From the IMG/VR virus record IMGVR_UViG_3300046779_001075, positions 1 to 63,605 of that record: a DNA stretch of 63,605 nt. One strand, given 5' to 3'. Below the pieces are notes generated by a model. It was not told the origin of the DNA. It made no database searches and saw only the letters and a list, made by a program, of their open reading frames with translations. The translations under genes and the position numbers were made by a program. This DNA is from a virus. Taxonomy: Duplodnaviria > Caudoviricetes. The first letter of the stretch is position 1. The number at the start of each line of letters is the position of its first letter. Below, one piece after another: positions 27,901 through 36,910 of this stretch.

Positions 27901-28979
27901 GCTGAGTCTTCGCCGAGCTCTTGGCTAGGCAGCACTTGCTTAACGCCGATATTGGCAGCAACGCCTTCGCCCACCTCACCCAAACCTTCTTCTAAACCAG
28001 TAGCGGTGCCTGTGGCTACACCTCGACCAAGCCTGCTTGCTCCAGCTTTTGCAATAACTTTGTCGAACGCGCCAGTAAGAACCTTACTCGTTATGTTGGA
28101 GCCAAGCGCACCGACCATACCCTGCAGCATCGCACCAGTTTCAGATGCTTTGCTCAAGGTCATTTCTTTGGCTTGCTCTGGCTTAATGCCGCCGTCCACC
28201 AAGTTCTTGAAGTACGGGCTGACTTCGTACAGCTCGTCAGTGCTCAGTTCGCCCAGCTTGTCGCGGGCGTTCTTCGCGCCTTCACCTGCGGCCATACCAC
28301 CACCGAGCACCGTGCTACGGCTAACCGCCTTCGCGGGGTCTTTGGTTAAGAGAGACGTAGCAATAATAGGAGCCATCGAGCCAAACACGCCCGCAGCCTG
28401 CAGTGCGTAGCCGCTGACTGTTGGGTCATCGCCGAAGCTCAATTCACCTTTGAAGATGTTGCCTTCGGGGGTAGAGCCCTTGATGCGTCTCTTACCAACC
28501 TCGGAGATGCTGTTTTCAATATCCTGCTGTACGCCGTAAGCGTAATCCGACAGACCACGGAGCCCGGGGATTTTGGGAACCGCGTTCAGGGCGCGGTCTG
28601 CGATAACGCCAGCCTTGTCTTTGCTTTCCAGTGTGTTCTCGATGCTGCTAAAACCCAACTTGTCGGCCAGCACAGTGCCCGCTAGACCCATGAGCTTTGC
28701 CCCGGGCAGTGGGTTTTCGCCAGTCAGAGCACTTCGTACGCCACCGCGAACACCTTGCTCAATACCTTCTGGGGCCGAGCCGGTGCCCCCGACAAGGCTA
28801 CCGGTTAATTTTTTAAGCGCATCAAGCGAGAACGCACCAGCGCCATAATCCTCTTCCGAGGTTTTGATCTTGGCCTTTGGTTCTTCCGGCTTTACTTCGG
28901 GCGCAGCTTCTTTTTGAGCGAACGGATCGAATACGCTCGGACCACCCTTGGGTTGAGCAAACGGATCGAATACTGGCAT
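21972..28979 (-). CDS. Giant internal virion/ejection protein (polyvalent-type) with zincin HExxH domain
   Basis: 2335 aa; last late gene; Gly/Ala-rich N-terminus; LHEALH...HEFVSEA; YFPLMRFG and helical C-terminus. Confidence 0.75.
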   Translation of the reverse strand: MPVFDPFAQPKGGPSVFDPFAQKEAAPEVKPEEPKAKIKTSEEDYGAGAFSLDALKKLTGSLVGGTGSAPEGIEQGVRGGVRSALTGENPLPGAKLMGLAGTVLADKLGFSSIENTLESKDKAGVIADRALNAVPKIPGLRGLSDYAYGVQQDIENSISEVGKRRIKGSTPEGNIFKGELSFGDDPTVSGYALQAAGVFGSMAPIIATSLLTKDPAKAVSRSTVLGGGMAAGEGAKNARDKLGELSTDELYEVSPYFKNLVDGGIKPEQAKEMTLSKASETGAMLQGMVGALGSNITSKVLTGAFDKVIAKAGASRLGRGVATGTATGLEEGLGEVGEGVAANIGVKQVLPSQELGEDSAANLVLGALGGAGPGSVKGALTKPEEAFKLQTGSVLDTLGQEETDVTRPIGPAAGEGAGVAGQPAGGVPTGRVAGLDADGMVPAGPAAGAADEREGSLPGALNIDDLRRSYSDLRQELLGLMSNQRPTEADMRTMKLVSRDLDEVVNGLAGAIKDPELIQQLKNPMFDGMPIINAIADQQGGEARAMQGNLFGTLRGASRETQAALALAQQDPQAALVELEERRKRIAAQQASGQHNANWAMTMAPRFGMTRAEGFKNPEKVSELFVNESNADIDQAVEAINRRLTPRAMQGDLFSEEADVDRLEAALSKVYAPQGKPTPREEFGAEDASLAEETAPAVQEEAPAEAEPAAKKAPPVEAPAVSTEHVPKTAEGAEIVGFFDAIKPAADNPAEQERHGNSKNTAAGTLLEYDIAEPGQESSEGARKMLTYLANRVGGMDKLRDLVAALRNADAGQQSRLFERAGLPDLTSRRGMDAFSSEVQGYVEQVGGTEGGVRLGSSALYSGRPYTENVQSTRTVTQEFGPTPEGKPRRPSQGQADTSHVIFDRSLRSAVLALKQVVALGKKLSAPQQAAANYLNNTNRKTFGEALYDLAYDLAYYEIDPKNNGTGSTFAGEGGRQALAFQQWIKDNLDKSTSQVLDEMIAEHKKNAAENERFAKAVTRYHEQLDAYAEKQNKEVETRTKRKANRAPRKKVVRIGDIEEVAPEDVVSVKNLPTVQMVTEIHPALRRLLEQGKTAEALQILADAKGNPYYAALAQRLLDAGITAKTRLVDVNTMETLSNDPAVKESINEQLNTLSQIVTELYPVEEQATIIAGLRSTNLREVVTALGRMQSTLKQNNALPGQIEAFENTLDLFNRQYAWDGKYDPVSDSIVLRSGAGRLTNHLFLHEALHAASSQLLDNADKLTGIQRQGYDRLVELYTHAKQVLSQDEYTNERIYGLQDLHEFVSEALTNPVFQAQLRSLRYKAAPFSLWNTFTEAVRKLFNVKKGYESNVMVETMFATDAMIAGPMSLEGLVGSSGPKAMAGKVTRIKPMRPGMPNQPSAIKRLMTSRKWDSALMREFRSLESSARPYALGVLTLRQLDDLIAGRLPQITNFIRVTEEFLSRKNSILQEAGDISKSWEALQSADPEMSRQIGRVMHMATIKEVDPDKATTKQRNANQELMVEWGKLDPRAKQVYRDVRDFYERRYSNYKRLMNRRIIQMRQLGVSEATITEIRNEFEKGKLSGPYFPLMRFGRFWYQIGKGAGREYYMFESEAARDRHIEERLQKDPHLADTIGTNIGNDYTKQMDYHARESAFLKAVFEAVDKIDVTGLSPADADAKKQELKDSYYQTYLSNQPDRSMRNQFIHRNNVAGYSEDALRSFATSSFNMAYQMARFEYSPEMFSQLDAARMQLKDRYDPNVGYDPTVVRETDELRDYVNEVSKRLDNMLNPTDIGTIPSMLSNVGFIFYLSSIASAITNVLGGVVIGFPTLVSQQVKANPKMGYTAATGKVLYETSRAAAQIMMTGFNVEVGERKIDSRLLSPSFDRSDRLSSVERAAYDRFVADGLIDITATYDQSGLASTPTENYSGLRNKSMQVLSYAFHHAERFNREVMAMSAFRAAMDKRASMPNRQQAFAESIAEAKNLTNTAMFDYSSANKPRYFQSPIARIVWQFKQFPQQMTFFLTRNLLNSIKDLPPEQRREARARFVGTMGMSAIFSGVTGLWGFSTVASIINAVFNVAGGDDDEEPFDFELAFVNWANETFGANMGTALTRGSLNALTGLDIGSRVKLDEMWFRDGRKNQDEAEALQTFLVDLLGPTIGIGVNAARAVDLWNQGHGDRAVEAISPAFIKNAMIAQRMSREGGATTLRGDMLTENPSPFILMMQGLGLRSQELAERQYYNITVKGQEQEILKQRQNLLNYYGLTFMSNDVEANEEAFDKIMEFNDKHPSVRIPADSITGSIIERMKKSAQTENGLYIDKRLRESLSRQNYLANQ
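27596..27769 (-). CDS. 57-aa overprinted gene nested in the giant ejection protein
   Basis: GGAGG-6 nt-ATG; helical protein-like sequence; host frame is a low-complexity linker here. Confidence 0.65.
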   Translation of the reverse strand: MLQDLSVQQLERALEWLDSPLVESPPEELLDLTQMEWFLLDRLLEQLMSEKDHSPVH

Positions 28980-31363
28980 TACTTATCTCCGTAGGTACGC
29001 TGATAGTATGCCGTCAATTGCTCATCACTGAAATTTTTATTTTCTGGAGCGGCACGTGCCGCAGCCAAAAATTGTTGTAAGGTTGGCCCAGTAGATTGCG
29101 CCGCAGCGCCGCCGGTTGACCCACCAGACTTCTGCATCTCCGAAGATACTTCGTTGTAACGCTTTTGCAAGAACGCCTTGTTTGCGTCCAGAACGGCTTT
29201 CTCTTTGGGAGTAAGTTCTGGTTTTGCCTCGTACTGCGCAACCTTCATCTGCGCAATCTTGACACCCTCGTCCTTTTGCAAGACGTCGAGCACAGCCTTC
29301 TTGTGCTCAAAGTCTTTGTTCGGACCGGTGTACTTGACACCATAGCGAGAAGCGCCCAACGAACCCAGAGCGTTCTGGTATGCCTCAGCGCCCTTCTCGC
29401 CTGTAAGTCCTCGGTAAGACTTCTGACCTGAGTAGATGGCATCGAGCTCTGCCAACATACGCTCGTTCTCGCCGGGCTTGTTGAGCTGCGCCATCTGAGC
29501 CTCGTGCGAGCGCTTGCTGGCCGCAGCGCTGGCTGCTGTGGCTTCCCGCTGGGCATCGACGCTGCGGATGTTGTTGTCCACGCTGGCTTGGATAGTAGCC
29601 AAGTCTTTGTTGGCGTTCATCCTACGTGTGAGAGCTTCCTTCTTGTCTTCACGGCCCTTGTCGTACAAGGATTCGGCTTTGCCAATCTGACCGTCGGCAC
29701 GTGCCTGTTCAGACGCGGCAAGAGTCATCTCGGCCTGACGCAGCTTGCTGTTTGCATCGAAGAAGTCTTTGTTTGCCTTGGCCAGATTAGTACCGACAGC
29801 GGCAGCAGCACCCGCAGCAGCACGAGACTTACTGCCGGGCTGCAACAACGCCTGTGCGCCCATCAACCACGCAAGACCTTCGCCTTGGTTCTTCTGGGCG
29901 CTCAGAGCCTCACGATCTTTTTTCAAGTCTTCAATAAACGGCTTCAGGGCACTCTCGCCGTAAAGGTTCTTAATACCGGGCAATGCGGCGCTGATACCCG
30001 ACAGACGCTGCTCTGGGGTCTCCGCAATGTTCTCGCTGGAGGCATCAATGATGTTCTTCATGTAGTCGTTCAGACCACCGCCTGCGAACGCCACGACACC
30101 CCCGCCCGCCATACGGTCGGCCATCTCATCGGTCACGCCACTGGCGATGCCGCTACGCTCCGAAGCCCGCATAGCCATCTCGCTTTGGATGGCTTCGAGC
30201 TGGTCCATGTCACCACGAGCTTGAGCAGCTTGGGCTGCTTGCTGCAGTTGTTGATCCGACAGTTTGCTGACAATACGCTGAATGTTGTCTGGGCTGTCCA
30301 CAGAGCCGCCGTCGGCGTAGGCCATGCCACCCTCGGCCATAAACTTGCTGAGGCCGTACGCACCCATACCCAAAGCGCCAACTTGCTGCGCCGCACTTGG
30401 GTTGGGTTCGTAGATAGTTCTAGTGGCGGACTGCCCAAGTGGCAAACCACGAATCATGTCGCTGAAGAAACCCAACTGCTTGTATGGGTAGTTCTGTTCA
30501 TTCTGGAAGTCTTGATACGCCTGTGTAAGACCCTGCTGACGCATCGCTTGTTGCTGCCCGCCGTAAGCGTTCTGCAACTTGTTGATGTCCAAACCTTGAC
30601 CAAACTGTTGGCTACCCAAAGCGCCGAGCTGACCAGCGCCAGCCAGCGCGGTCTGCAGCCCCTGCATACCGAGGCCCGCGCCGTATTGACGCGACTGTTC
30701 ACCAAGCTGCTGCTCGACGTTGAATTGATTTTGACCGCGTGAGTAAGCATCTTGCAAACCACGGGCTTGGATGTCGCCTTTTTGCAGTGCGAGGTTACGT
30801 GCGGCTTCGGCGTCTACGATTGCGTGACGGCCACCACCAAACGCACCGGACTTAACTGCGGTAGCGTTGCTCTGAGTGCGGGCAATATCGGCCTGACGTT
30901 GAGCTTCGCGCTGCTGGATGTCCACCACATTTTGCATGTAGGGGTCCATGTACTTACCCGCCTGTGCACCGAACTGACCCGTTTGGTAGGGGTTGTACGC
31001 TGTACCCATCGCCTGACCAGCTACCTGACCAGCAATGTTAATACCTTGTCCTGTCGCAGCGGAAGTCTGCATGTTCTCCGCCGCCTGCTGCGCCCCCAGC
31101 TGCATGGGGCTAAACCCGGCGATGCGATCACCACCGTAGGTCTGATACGGTTTATCAGCAAGTGCCGCACCCTTCTCTAAAGCGCTTTTGGCGTACCCAC
31201 GGGCCCACTCTGGCAGTTCAGTAATCTGAGTCTGTGAACTCGACGACGAACTACCACCGCCGTCATCACCTTGAGGTTTGATCTTGCGGTCGCCGTAATG
31301 CTTAAAGGCGTGCTCTGGCAAGTCTGGAATATCCAGAAGCAGTTTGGCGGAGTTCATTCTCAT
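28979..31363 (-). CDS. Internal virion / DNA ejection (pilot-like) protein
   Basis: Gln/Ala/Gly-rich; YMDPYMQNV, GAFGGGR, YPYKQLGF motifs; position after GNAT-like gene. Confidence 0.7.
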   Translation of the reverse strand: MRMNSAKLLLDIPDLPEHAFKHYGDRKIKPQGDDGGGSSSSSSQTQITELPEWARGYAKSALEKGAALADKPYQTYGGDRIAGFSPMQLGAQQAAENMQTSAATGQGINIAGQVAGQAMGTAYNPYQTGQFGAQAGKYMDPYMQNVVDIQQREAQRQADIARTQSNATAVKSGAFGGGRHAIVDAEAARNLALQKGDIQARGLQDAYSRGQNQFNVEQQLGEQSRQYGAGLGMQGLQTALAGAGQLGALGSQQFGQGLDINKLQNAYGGQQQAMRQQGLTQAYQDFQNEQNYPYKQLGFFSDMIRGLPLGQSATRTIYEPNPSAAQQVGALGMGAYGLSKFMAEGGMAYADGGSVDSPDNIQRIVSKLSDQQLQQAAQAAQARGDMDQLEAIQSEMAMRASERSGIASGVTDEMADRMAGGGVVAFAGGGLNDYMKNIIDASSENIAETPEQRLSGISAALPGIKNLYGESALKPFIEDLKKDREALSAQKNQGEGLAWLMGAQALLQPGSKSRAAAGAAAAVGTNLAKANKDFFDANSKLRQAEMTLAASEQARADGQIGKAESLYDKGREDKKEALTRRMNANKDLATIQASVDNNIRSVDAQREATAASAAASKRSHEAQMAQLNKPGENERMLAELDAIYSGQKSYRGLTGEKGAEAYQNALGSLGASRYGVKYTGPNKDFEHKKAVLDVLQKDEGVKIAQMKVAQYEAKPELTPKEKAVLDANKAFLQKRYNEVSSEMQKSGGSTGGAAAQSTGPTLQQFLAAARAAPENKNFSDEQLTAYYQRTYGDK

Positions 31364-31767
31364 AGCTCAATCCTCATCACATTGTGGGTCTTAGCAAGTC
31401 CCATTTTCTCGTACATGGGCACCAAGTCGTCTTGGCACCAGCATTGCGCTTTCGTTGCGCCGTTCAATCGCATCCACTGCATGGCTTCTTCAAACACATG
31501 CTTGCGGACAATACCTTTACCACCCATCAAGTGTGCATGTGCCACACGGTGCATGGGCAAGTCCTGAAAACTGATTGTCACAGCGCCGGTTATACCTTCG
31601 CCCGGCTCTTCCCACACCAGCAGTTTGTAAGCGCCAGTACGCACGCCATACTCTACCTGCTCGATCGTGATCGACCCGGGATCAAGATCAATGGCTTTTT
31701 GCAGCAGTGGTGCGGCTATCGGCCATACCACCGGCATAACGTTTGGCGTAACGTGATGAAGCGCCAT
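31360..31767 (-). CDS. GNAT-fold virion-associated protein
   Basis: Size and position typical of podovirus acetyltransferase-like genes; MYEKMG motif. Confidence 0.55.
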   Translation of the reverse strand: MALHHVTPNVMPVVWPIAAPLLQKAIDLDPGSITIEQVEYGVRTGAYKLLVWEEPGEGITGAVTISFQDLPMHRVAHAHLMGGKGIVRKHVFEEAMQWMRLNGATKAQCWCQDDLVPMYEKMGLAKTHNVMRIEL

Positions 31768-31769
31768 GA

Positions 31770-34046
31770 TTACGCGGGCAGCAGTTTATCGGCGCGGCTG
31801 TTGACTGCAACACGACCTTTGCCAATAGATTTCTTACGACCCTTCTGGATTCGGTCCATCATGGCGTACAGCTTGCGGGCACCTGCTTCAGTCGAGCCAT
31901 TTCCCAACTCAGAGACGATACGGGCTGGAACCACAAATTCGCCGTCAGCCAAACGAGCTGGACGCTTGTTGCCAATAGTCGCAGGGATGCTGTCAGACAC
32001 GCCATCACCGGGGCCACGCAACAAACGACCACCGTCGGAGTAATCACCAAGGTGACTCATACTACCGCCACGGGCCAGAGACAGCAAACCGCCGTTGGCT
32101 TCACCGTTGTCGCCACCACCGCCGCCTTCGCTGCCACCGCCACCACTATTGCTATCGCTTGAGCCAGAGTTGCCGGGATTAGAATCAGCCCCGCCAGAGT
32201 ACGAGTCACTCTGAGAGTCCATGCTGTTGACTCCTTCGGAGCTACCCACGCCTACACCAGAAACGCCGCCTTGGGTGCCGTAACCGCCGCCTTGGGCGCC
32301 TCCGTACGCGCTTTCAAACGAGCTGGAACCACCCATTGAAGTATCGCCATAGTTTGAACCAAAACCGCTCGGACCAACACCGTAGTTAAACCCGCCTGAA
32401 CCGGGAAAAGCACTGCCTCCGAGTTCGCTGGGGAGACCGTTCTGACCTGTTTGATAACCACTCAGGGTGTCACGATCCAAAGAGCCGTTGTAGTTTGTGT
32501 TCATGGTGTAATCACCGTAACCATAAACATCAGCGCCCGCCTTTGGCACAGCTTCTTGTGGCGCTCCAAATAACCCAAACAGACTTCCAGCACCGCGCCC
32601 AAAAGATGTCTGGGACGGGTCAAAGCCTTGTTTTTCAGCCATAGATGAATGCCAAGCATCAGGGGCAAGAAACTGAGAAAGAGCTCCGGGGGTTGTGTAC
32701 CCAAAAAGCGTCTGCGCCCCACGAGCAAGCGCAGCCTCCATTGGTCTGTCGGCATAGTAAGCGGCCCGCTCAGCGGGGCTCCTCTGGCTCCAATCGCTTG
32801 GCCCTTGTGGAGCTGAACCACCTGAACCACTGCTTGTAGTAGTGCGTTTGCCCTCGCGTACAACTTTCCTGTATGTGCGAGTTTCTGGGTCAAACTCGTA
32901 CTCGTCGGCTGGCATTTCAGTTGCCGTAGCCACGCCACCAGCAGCAAACATCAACCCGTTGTTGGCCATCAGTGTTTGGGCTTGCGCTTTATCTGACATC
33001 TCTTGAACTGGGCCACCATCAGCATAACCACGCAGCGCTTTGGCTTCAGCATCAGAAATGTTCCGATACCCGGCGTTCGGAAAATAGCTCTGCTGCCGAC
33101 CAAAGTCCCGACCAAGCTCACCATAACCGGGCACATCTGGTGCTGGCGTAACAGGAGCCATGCCCGCATCGTATTGCAAACGCTGAGGCATTCTGCTGTC
33201 GCTCGCTGGAGCTTGACCACCTTGCCCACTACTTGTCATGAACGGAGATGCAGCGGCTAGGCCATACTGCATCAATCCTTTTGCTCCACCGACACCGGTA
33301 GCTGCAACACCCTTGGATGCGGCGTTACCCATGAATGCAGTTCGGCCTTCTGGGGTAAACAAGTTTTCTACGCCACGACCCATCTGAGAGACGTTACCCA
33401 TGAAGGTTGACGTAGTGGGGATAGGTGTTGCCGTTGCCACTTGGGGGATTCCGGCGCTGAGTTGGCTAGCCGTGACTGGAACTGGGACTGACATTGGGCC
33501 AGCAATCGGAGCTGTACCGAGCACGTTGGTGCTCATACCGGGGGCAAAGCTCATTGCGCCCGTACCTGCGGCGGCTGACGAGTTAACGCCCAGATTTGTC
33601 AAAGCGTTTTGCTGGAGAGCAGCTTTTGTTGCAGCCATCTCGGAAGCACCGGCACCGGCTGCTCCAGCAGCACCTGCTTCAGCAGCACCCGCGCTCATCA
33701 ATCCGCCAGCCAAACCTGCGCCACCGTATGCGCCCAAGCCAGCCATAATGCCTTTTTTCAGGCTACCTGTTGCCACAGTACCCAAAGCGCCAGCGGCCAA
33801 ACCAGCTTGCGCAGCTGTCAAACCAAAACCTGCGGGGCCGAGAAAAGCGCCTGCCACCATAGGCAAAATGCTGGACAAGAAGCCAGCCTCTGGTAGACCA
33901 GTATCAGGGTTGACAGTCAACGAGCCACCGTGCGCCTTAGCAAGCGCTTGCAGACTGGCCACTTCCTGTGGGGCCATGTGGACGAGAGTTGTATCTGGGC
34001 CCCGACCACGGGACGCCATGTGTTGTGCGGCAATTTGCAGGCTCAT
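31770..34046 (-). CDS. Internal virion protein
   Basis: N-terminal GRGPDTTLVHM...NPDTGLPEA; hydrophobic Gly/Ala segment; C-terminal GPGDGVSDSIPA...LADGEFVVPA. Confidence 0.7.
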   Translation of the reverse strand: MSLQIAAQHMASRGRGPDTTLVHMAPQEVASLQALAKAHGGSLTVNPDTGLPEAGFLSSILPMVAGAFLGPAGFGLTAAQAGLAAGALGTVATGSLKKGIMAGLGAYGGAGLAGGLMSAGAAEAGAAGAAGAGASEMAATKAALQQNALTNLGVNSSAAAGTGAMSFAPGMSTNVLGTAPIAGPMSVPVPVTASQLSAGIPQVATATPIPTTSTFMGNVSQMGRGVENLFTPEGRTAFMGNAASKGVAATGVGGAKGLMQYGLAAASPFMTSSGQGGQAPASDSRMPQRLQYDAGMAPVTPAPDVPGYGELGRDFGRQQSYFPNAGYRNISDAEAKALRGYADGGPVQEMSDKAQAQTLMANNGLMFAAGGVATATEMPADEYEFDPETRTYRKVVREGKRTTTSSGSGGSAPQGPSDWSQRSPAERAAYYADRPMEAALARGAQTLFGYTTPGALSQFLAPDAWHSSMAEKQGFDPSQTSFGRGAGSLFGLFGAPQEAVPKAGADVYGYGDYTMNTNYNGSLDRDTLSGYQTGQNGLPSELGGSAFPGSGGFNYGVGPSGFGSNYGDTSMGGSSSFESAYGGAQGGGYGTQGGVSGVGVGSSEGVNSMDSQSDSYSGGADSNPGNSGSSDSNSGGGGSEGGGGGDNGEANGGLLSLARGGSMSHLGDYSDGGRLLRGPGDGVSDSIPATIGNKRPARLADGEFVVPARIVSELGNGSTEAGARKLYAMMDRIQKGRKKSIGKGRVAVNSRADKLLPA

Positions 34047-34084
34047 TGGGGCCTCTCAGAAAGGGGGTTGGTTGAGTCTATCAT

Positions 34085-34723
34085 TTAAGGCGGCGTTGGT
34101 CTAGGCTCCGGCAGGGGAGCGATAAAGTTAACCGACATGACAGACGAGGGGATTCCGGGGTGAGGACTGGCCGAAGGACCTGCATCCAGCTTTACAGTGG
34201 TATCGGAAGCAGAAACAATCAGCTCCAGATATTCGTCTTTCTGCATGTCGATGTTGAACGAATAGGCGATCGGCGCATAAGCGTTGGAGCCCGAAATGCT
34301 GTACGCACGGGCAGAATACCCAATGTCTGTGCCATTACGTCGAATCCACAGAAACAGGTCTTTGGAGCTGCTGTTGGTGCTCAGAATCTGCCCGCTGTAC
34401 TGAAAGTTGTAGATGCCGCCAATCCCAATCAGAATCCGGCTGGTGGTGCTCAAAGACACCGCGTTGCTCAGGTAGGTCTGGTCGTACACCACGGGGTAGG
34501 CCGTGTTGGCTGCTGCAATAGTCTGATCGACAGTATTGAAAAACAGTCCGTTTGGGCAACCAACATACTGACCGCCGTTGCTTCCAATGACGGACGCGAG
34601 CGCGTTATCAAGCTGGTTGAAATACAAACGCAGCACATCGTTGTACTGGTCGTGGAACCGAGTCTCGTACTCCTTCGGTGCAACAGGAAGGAACGGCGGT
34701 TTGGATATGGTAAGAGCTGTCAT
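34085..34723 (-). CDS. Tail-associated protein with C1q/BclA-like C-terminal domain
   Basis: N-terminal helix LRLYFNQLD; beta-rich GIYNFQYS...LWIRRNGTDI. Confidence 0.55.
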   Translation of the reverse strand: MTALTISKPPFLPVAPKEYETRFHDQYNDVLRLYFNQLDNALASVIGSNGGQYVGCPNGLFFNTVDQTIAAANTAYPVVYDQTYLSNAVSLSTTSRILIGIGGIYNFQYSGQILSTNSSSKDLFLWIRRNGTDIGYSARAYSISGSNAYAPIAYSFNIDMQKDEYLELIVSASDTTVKLDAGPSASPHPGIPSSVMSVNFIAPLPEPRPTPP

Positions 34724-36879
34724 CGACGACCATCCGGGCGAACATCAATCGAGGGCACACCCAACTGCCACTGCACACCAAGAGCGTCAGAAGAAATCTT
34801 AAACGCCATCTGGCGCCCGCGCACCCGCGTGTAGACAATCTCGGTGAACTGCTGCACGGCGTAGTTGCGCTGACCAGAATAATTCTGGGTGCTGGCGACT
34901 TCTGGACTTGGGGCTGCGCCGTAGTTCGAGCCGGGGTTCTGACGTGGGCGCATCGTGATGGTCACTGCCGGGGTGTTTACCGTGGAGCCATCAAACGTAA
35001 TGTCCGGGATCATGCGCCAGACAAAGCCGTAGTTATGGCCGTCACCGATGTTGAAGTCGGCAGACTGGATGTAAGCCGTAATTGGGCTTGGTGGGTTGGT
35101 CGTACCGTCGTCCACGCCGTCTTCATGGTAAATGATCTGGCCGTTGTATCCCGCAGTTGTGGGGTAGTCCCGCAGAGGCGAATCAACCCAAGCTGTACGG
35201 GACAGGTTGCCGTAGCTCCAGATTTTTTCCAAGTGGTTGTAAATGACGTAACGATCTACCACGGTGGAGTTGGCCGAGCAATAGAACCACCAGATTTCGT
35301 TGAAGCCTTCGTTGGTGCTGGCAAAGAACTGATACTGCTGCTGCAGGTTGATGTCACCAAAGATGTACTGACGCAGGGGGCAGTAAAGCGTCTCCACACG
35401 ACCGGAGTACATGTAGAACTTGTCGAGCCCCATCCAGTAGGTAATGTTGGCGGCTGTGGCAACAGCGTTGGGGCCAGCAATCGAGGTGTTTGAGCCCAGA
35501 ATCTGGAAACCCCAGACATAAGGTGGTCCAAGGTACTGCATGGAGTAGATAGCTGCATCCGTCCACACCAAGATTTCCTGACGAGTCTGCAAGTTGGCGA
35601 CAATGGAGGAGCCTGTACTCAGGCGGTAGCTACCTGCTTGGTTGGTCGCAGCAGGGGTCCAAGTCAAGTAGTCTTCTTGGTCGGACCAACGAACCAACAT
35701 GGGGTCGAGGTCTGTCTCGCCGTAGTCGTTGCAACCAAACGCAAGCACAAACCGGGAAGCATCTGACACTGCCACTGCGTTACACACGGATGGGCAGTCT
35801 GTGTCCGCGTCATATGGAGAGGGACTTGCCGAGTTGAGCAAGACTGCGCGGTCGTAGACGGTCGGTACAGCGTTCACTTTCCAGAGATACAGCCCACCAC
35901 CACGAGGGTTAATGATGAGGTCTTGGCCATAATTTGACTGACTCCACAACCGCAACTGCAGACCAACTCCCAACCCTGAAGTGGTTGCCGAGCCCCACCC
36001 TGAAGCATTGCTGTACTGGTTGACAGTAGTGCCGGTTGTGTAAGCCCTAGCTGTACTGCCCACACCGCGAACACACCCAGTAAAAGTTGTGCTGGTTTTG
36101 CCTGCGTAAGTGATGTATTCACCGTCAATACCAATCGCACCGGACGCGGCAAACCCAGTTGTGGAGACAACGGTGATTGTGGTATCACTATCGCTCAGCG
36201 CCCCATCTAACGTAGTAGACGCAGCAATTGTTGTAGTGCCACCCCAACCGCCAGCGCCCCAACCCACGCCAACCGTATAAATCTCCGAGCCGGTTGAAAT
36301 TTGGTAAGCAAAAGTGGCGGAGCCAGTTGTCCCGGAAGATGTAGCGGGGGACGCGACAGTGATGCTGTAGGTGGAAGAGTCGATGTACGTGATGCGGAAC
36401 TCAAGGTTCAGCGCAGCGGCTGGGATGCCGTTAATCGCACCGCCAACACCAGAAATAGTTACAAAATCACCAGTCTGCCCGTTGTAGCCGGGGTCGTTGA
36501 CGATTACCGTGGCAGAACCGTTGACCGTGGTAAACGCATTAGAAGCCACAGTGTTGGTGTCGCGCAGCGGCGTCACGTCGTAAAAATCACCGCCTGCGGT
36601 TTGCTGGATGTAGTACTTTAAGTTGGTGCCGACACCCAACAAGTTGAATTCTGACAGTGTGACCCAGTTCCACAAAGAGCGGCACACGCCCCAAAACGAA
36701 CCTGCGGGTGGTTGCAAGGTGGGTTCAGCAGAGCCTGTGTCCAGAGTCCAGCCGCCAATCTTTTCAGGGTAGCCCGAGCGAAAGCGCACTTTGTCCATCT
36801 CGAACCAAGTGCCTTCATTGGATAAGCTCGTCGATTCACGGTTTACGCCGGGGCGCAGTTGGAGTTTCTGTAAGGGCAT
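34720..36879 (-). CDS. Tail nozzle / head-stabilisation protein (P22 gp10 / tubular B-like)
   Basis: PGVNRE, VRF...PEKIGGW, VRWSDQE, EIWWFY, RGRQ, DVRPDGRR. Confidence 0.78.
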   Translation of the reverse strand: MPLQKLQLRPGVNRESTSLSNEGTWFEMDKVRFRSGYPEKIGGWTLDTGSAEPTLQPPAGSFWGVCRSLWNWVTLSEFNLLGVGTNLKYYIQQTAGGDFYDVTPLRDTNTVASNAFTTVNGSATVIVNDPGYNGQTGDFVTISGVGGAINGIPAAALNLEFRITYIDSSTYSITVASPATSSGTTGSATFAYQISTGSEIYTVGVGWGAGGWGGTTTIAASTTLDGALSDSDTTITVVSTTGFAASGAIGIDGEYITYAGKTSTTFTGCVRGVGSTARAYTTGTTVNQYSNASGWGSATTSGLGVGLQLRLWSQSNYGQDLIINPRGGGLYLWKVNAVPTVYDRAVLLNSASPSPYDADTDCPSVCNAVAVSDASRFVLAFGCNDYGETDLDPMLVRWSDQEDYLTWTPAATNQAGSYRLSTGSSIVANLQTRQEILVWTDAAIYSMQYLGPPYVWGFQILGSNTSIAGPNAVATAANITYWMGLDKFYMYSGRVETLYCPLRQYIFGDINLQQQYQFFASTNEGFNEIWWFYCSANSTVVDRYVIYNHLEKIWSYGNLSRTAWVDSPLRDYPTTAGYNGQIIYHEDGVDDGTTNPPSPITAYIQSADFNIGDGHNYGFVWRMIPDITFDGSTVNTPAVTITMRPRQNPGSNYGAAPSPEVASTQNYSGQRNYAVQQFTEIVYTRVRGRQMAFKISSDALGVQWQLGVPSIDVRPDGRR

Positions 36880-36910
36880 CGTTTACCTCAGTTTTATGGC
36901 ATTTTCGCAC

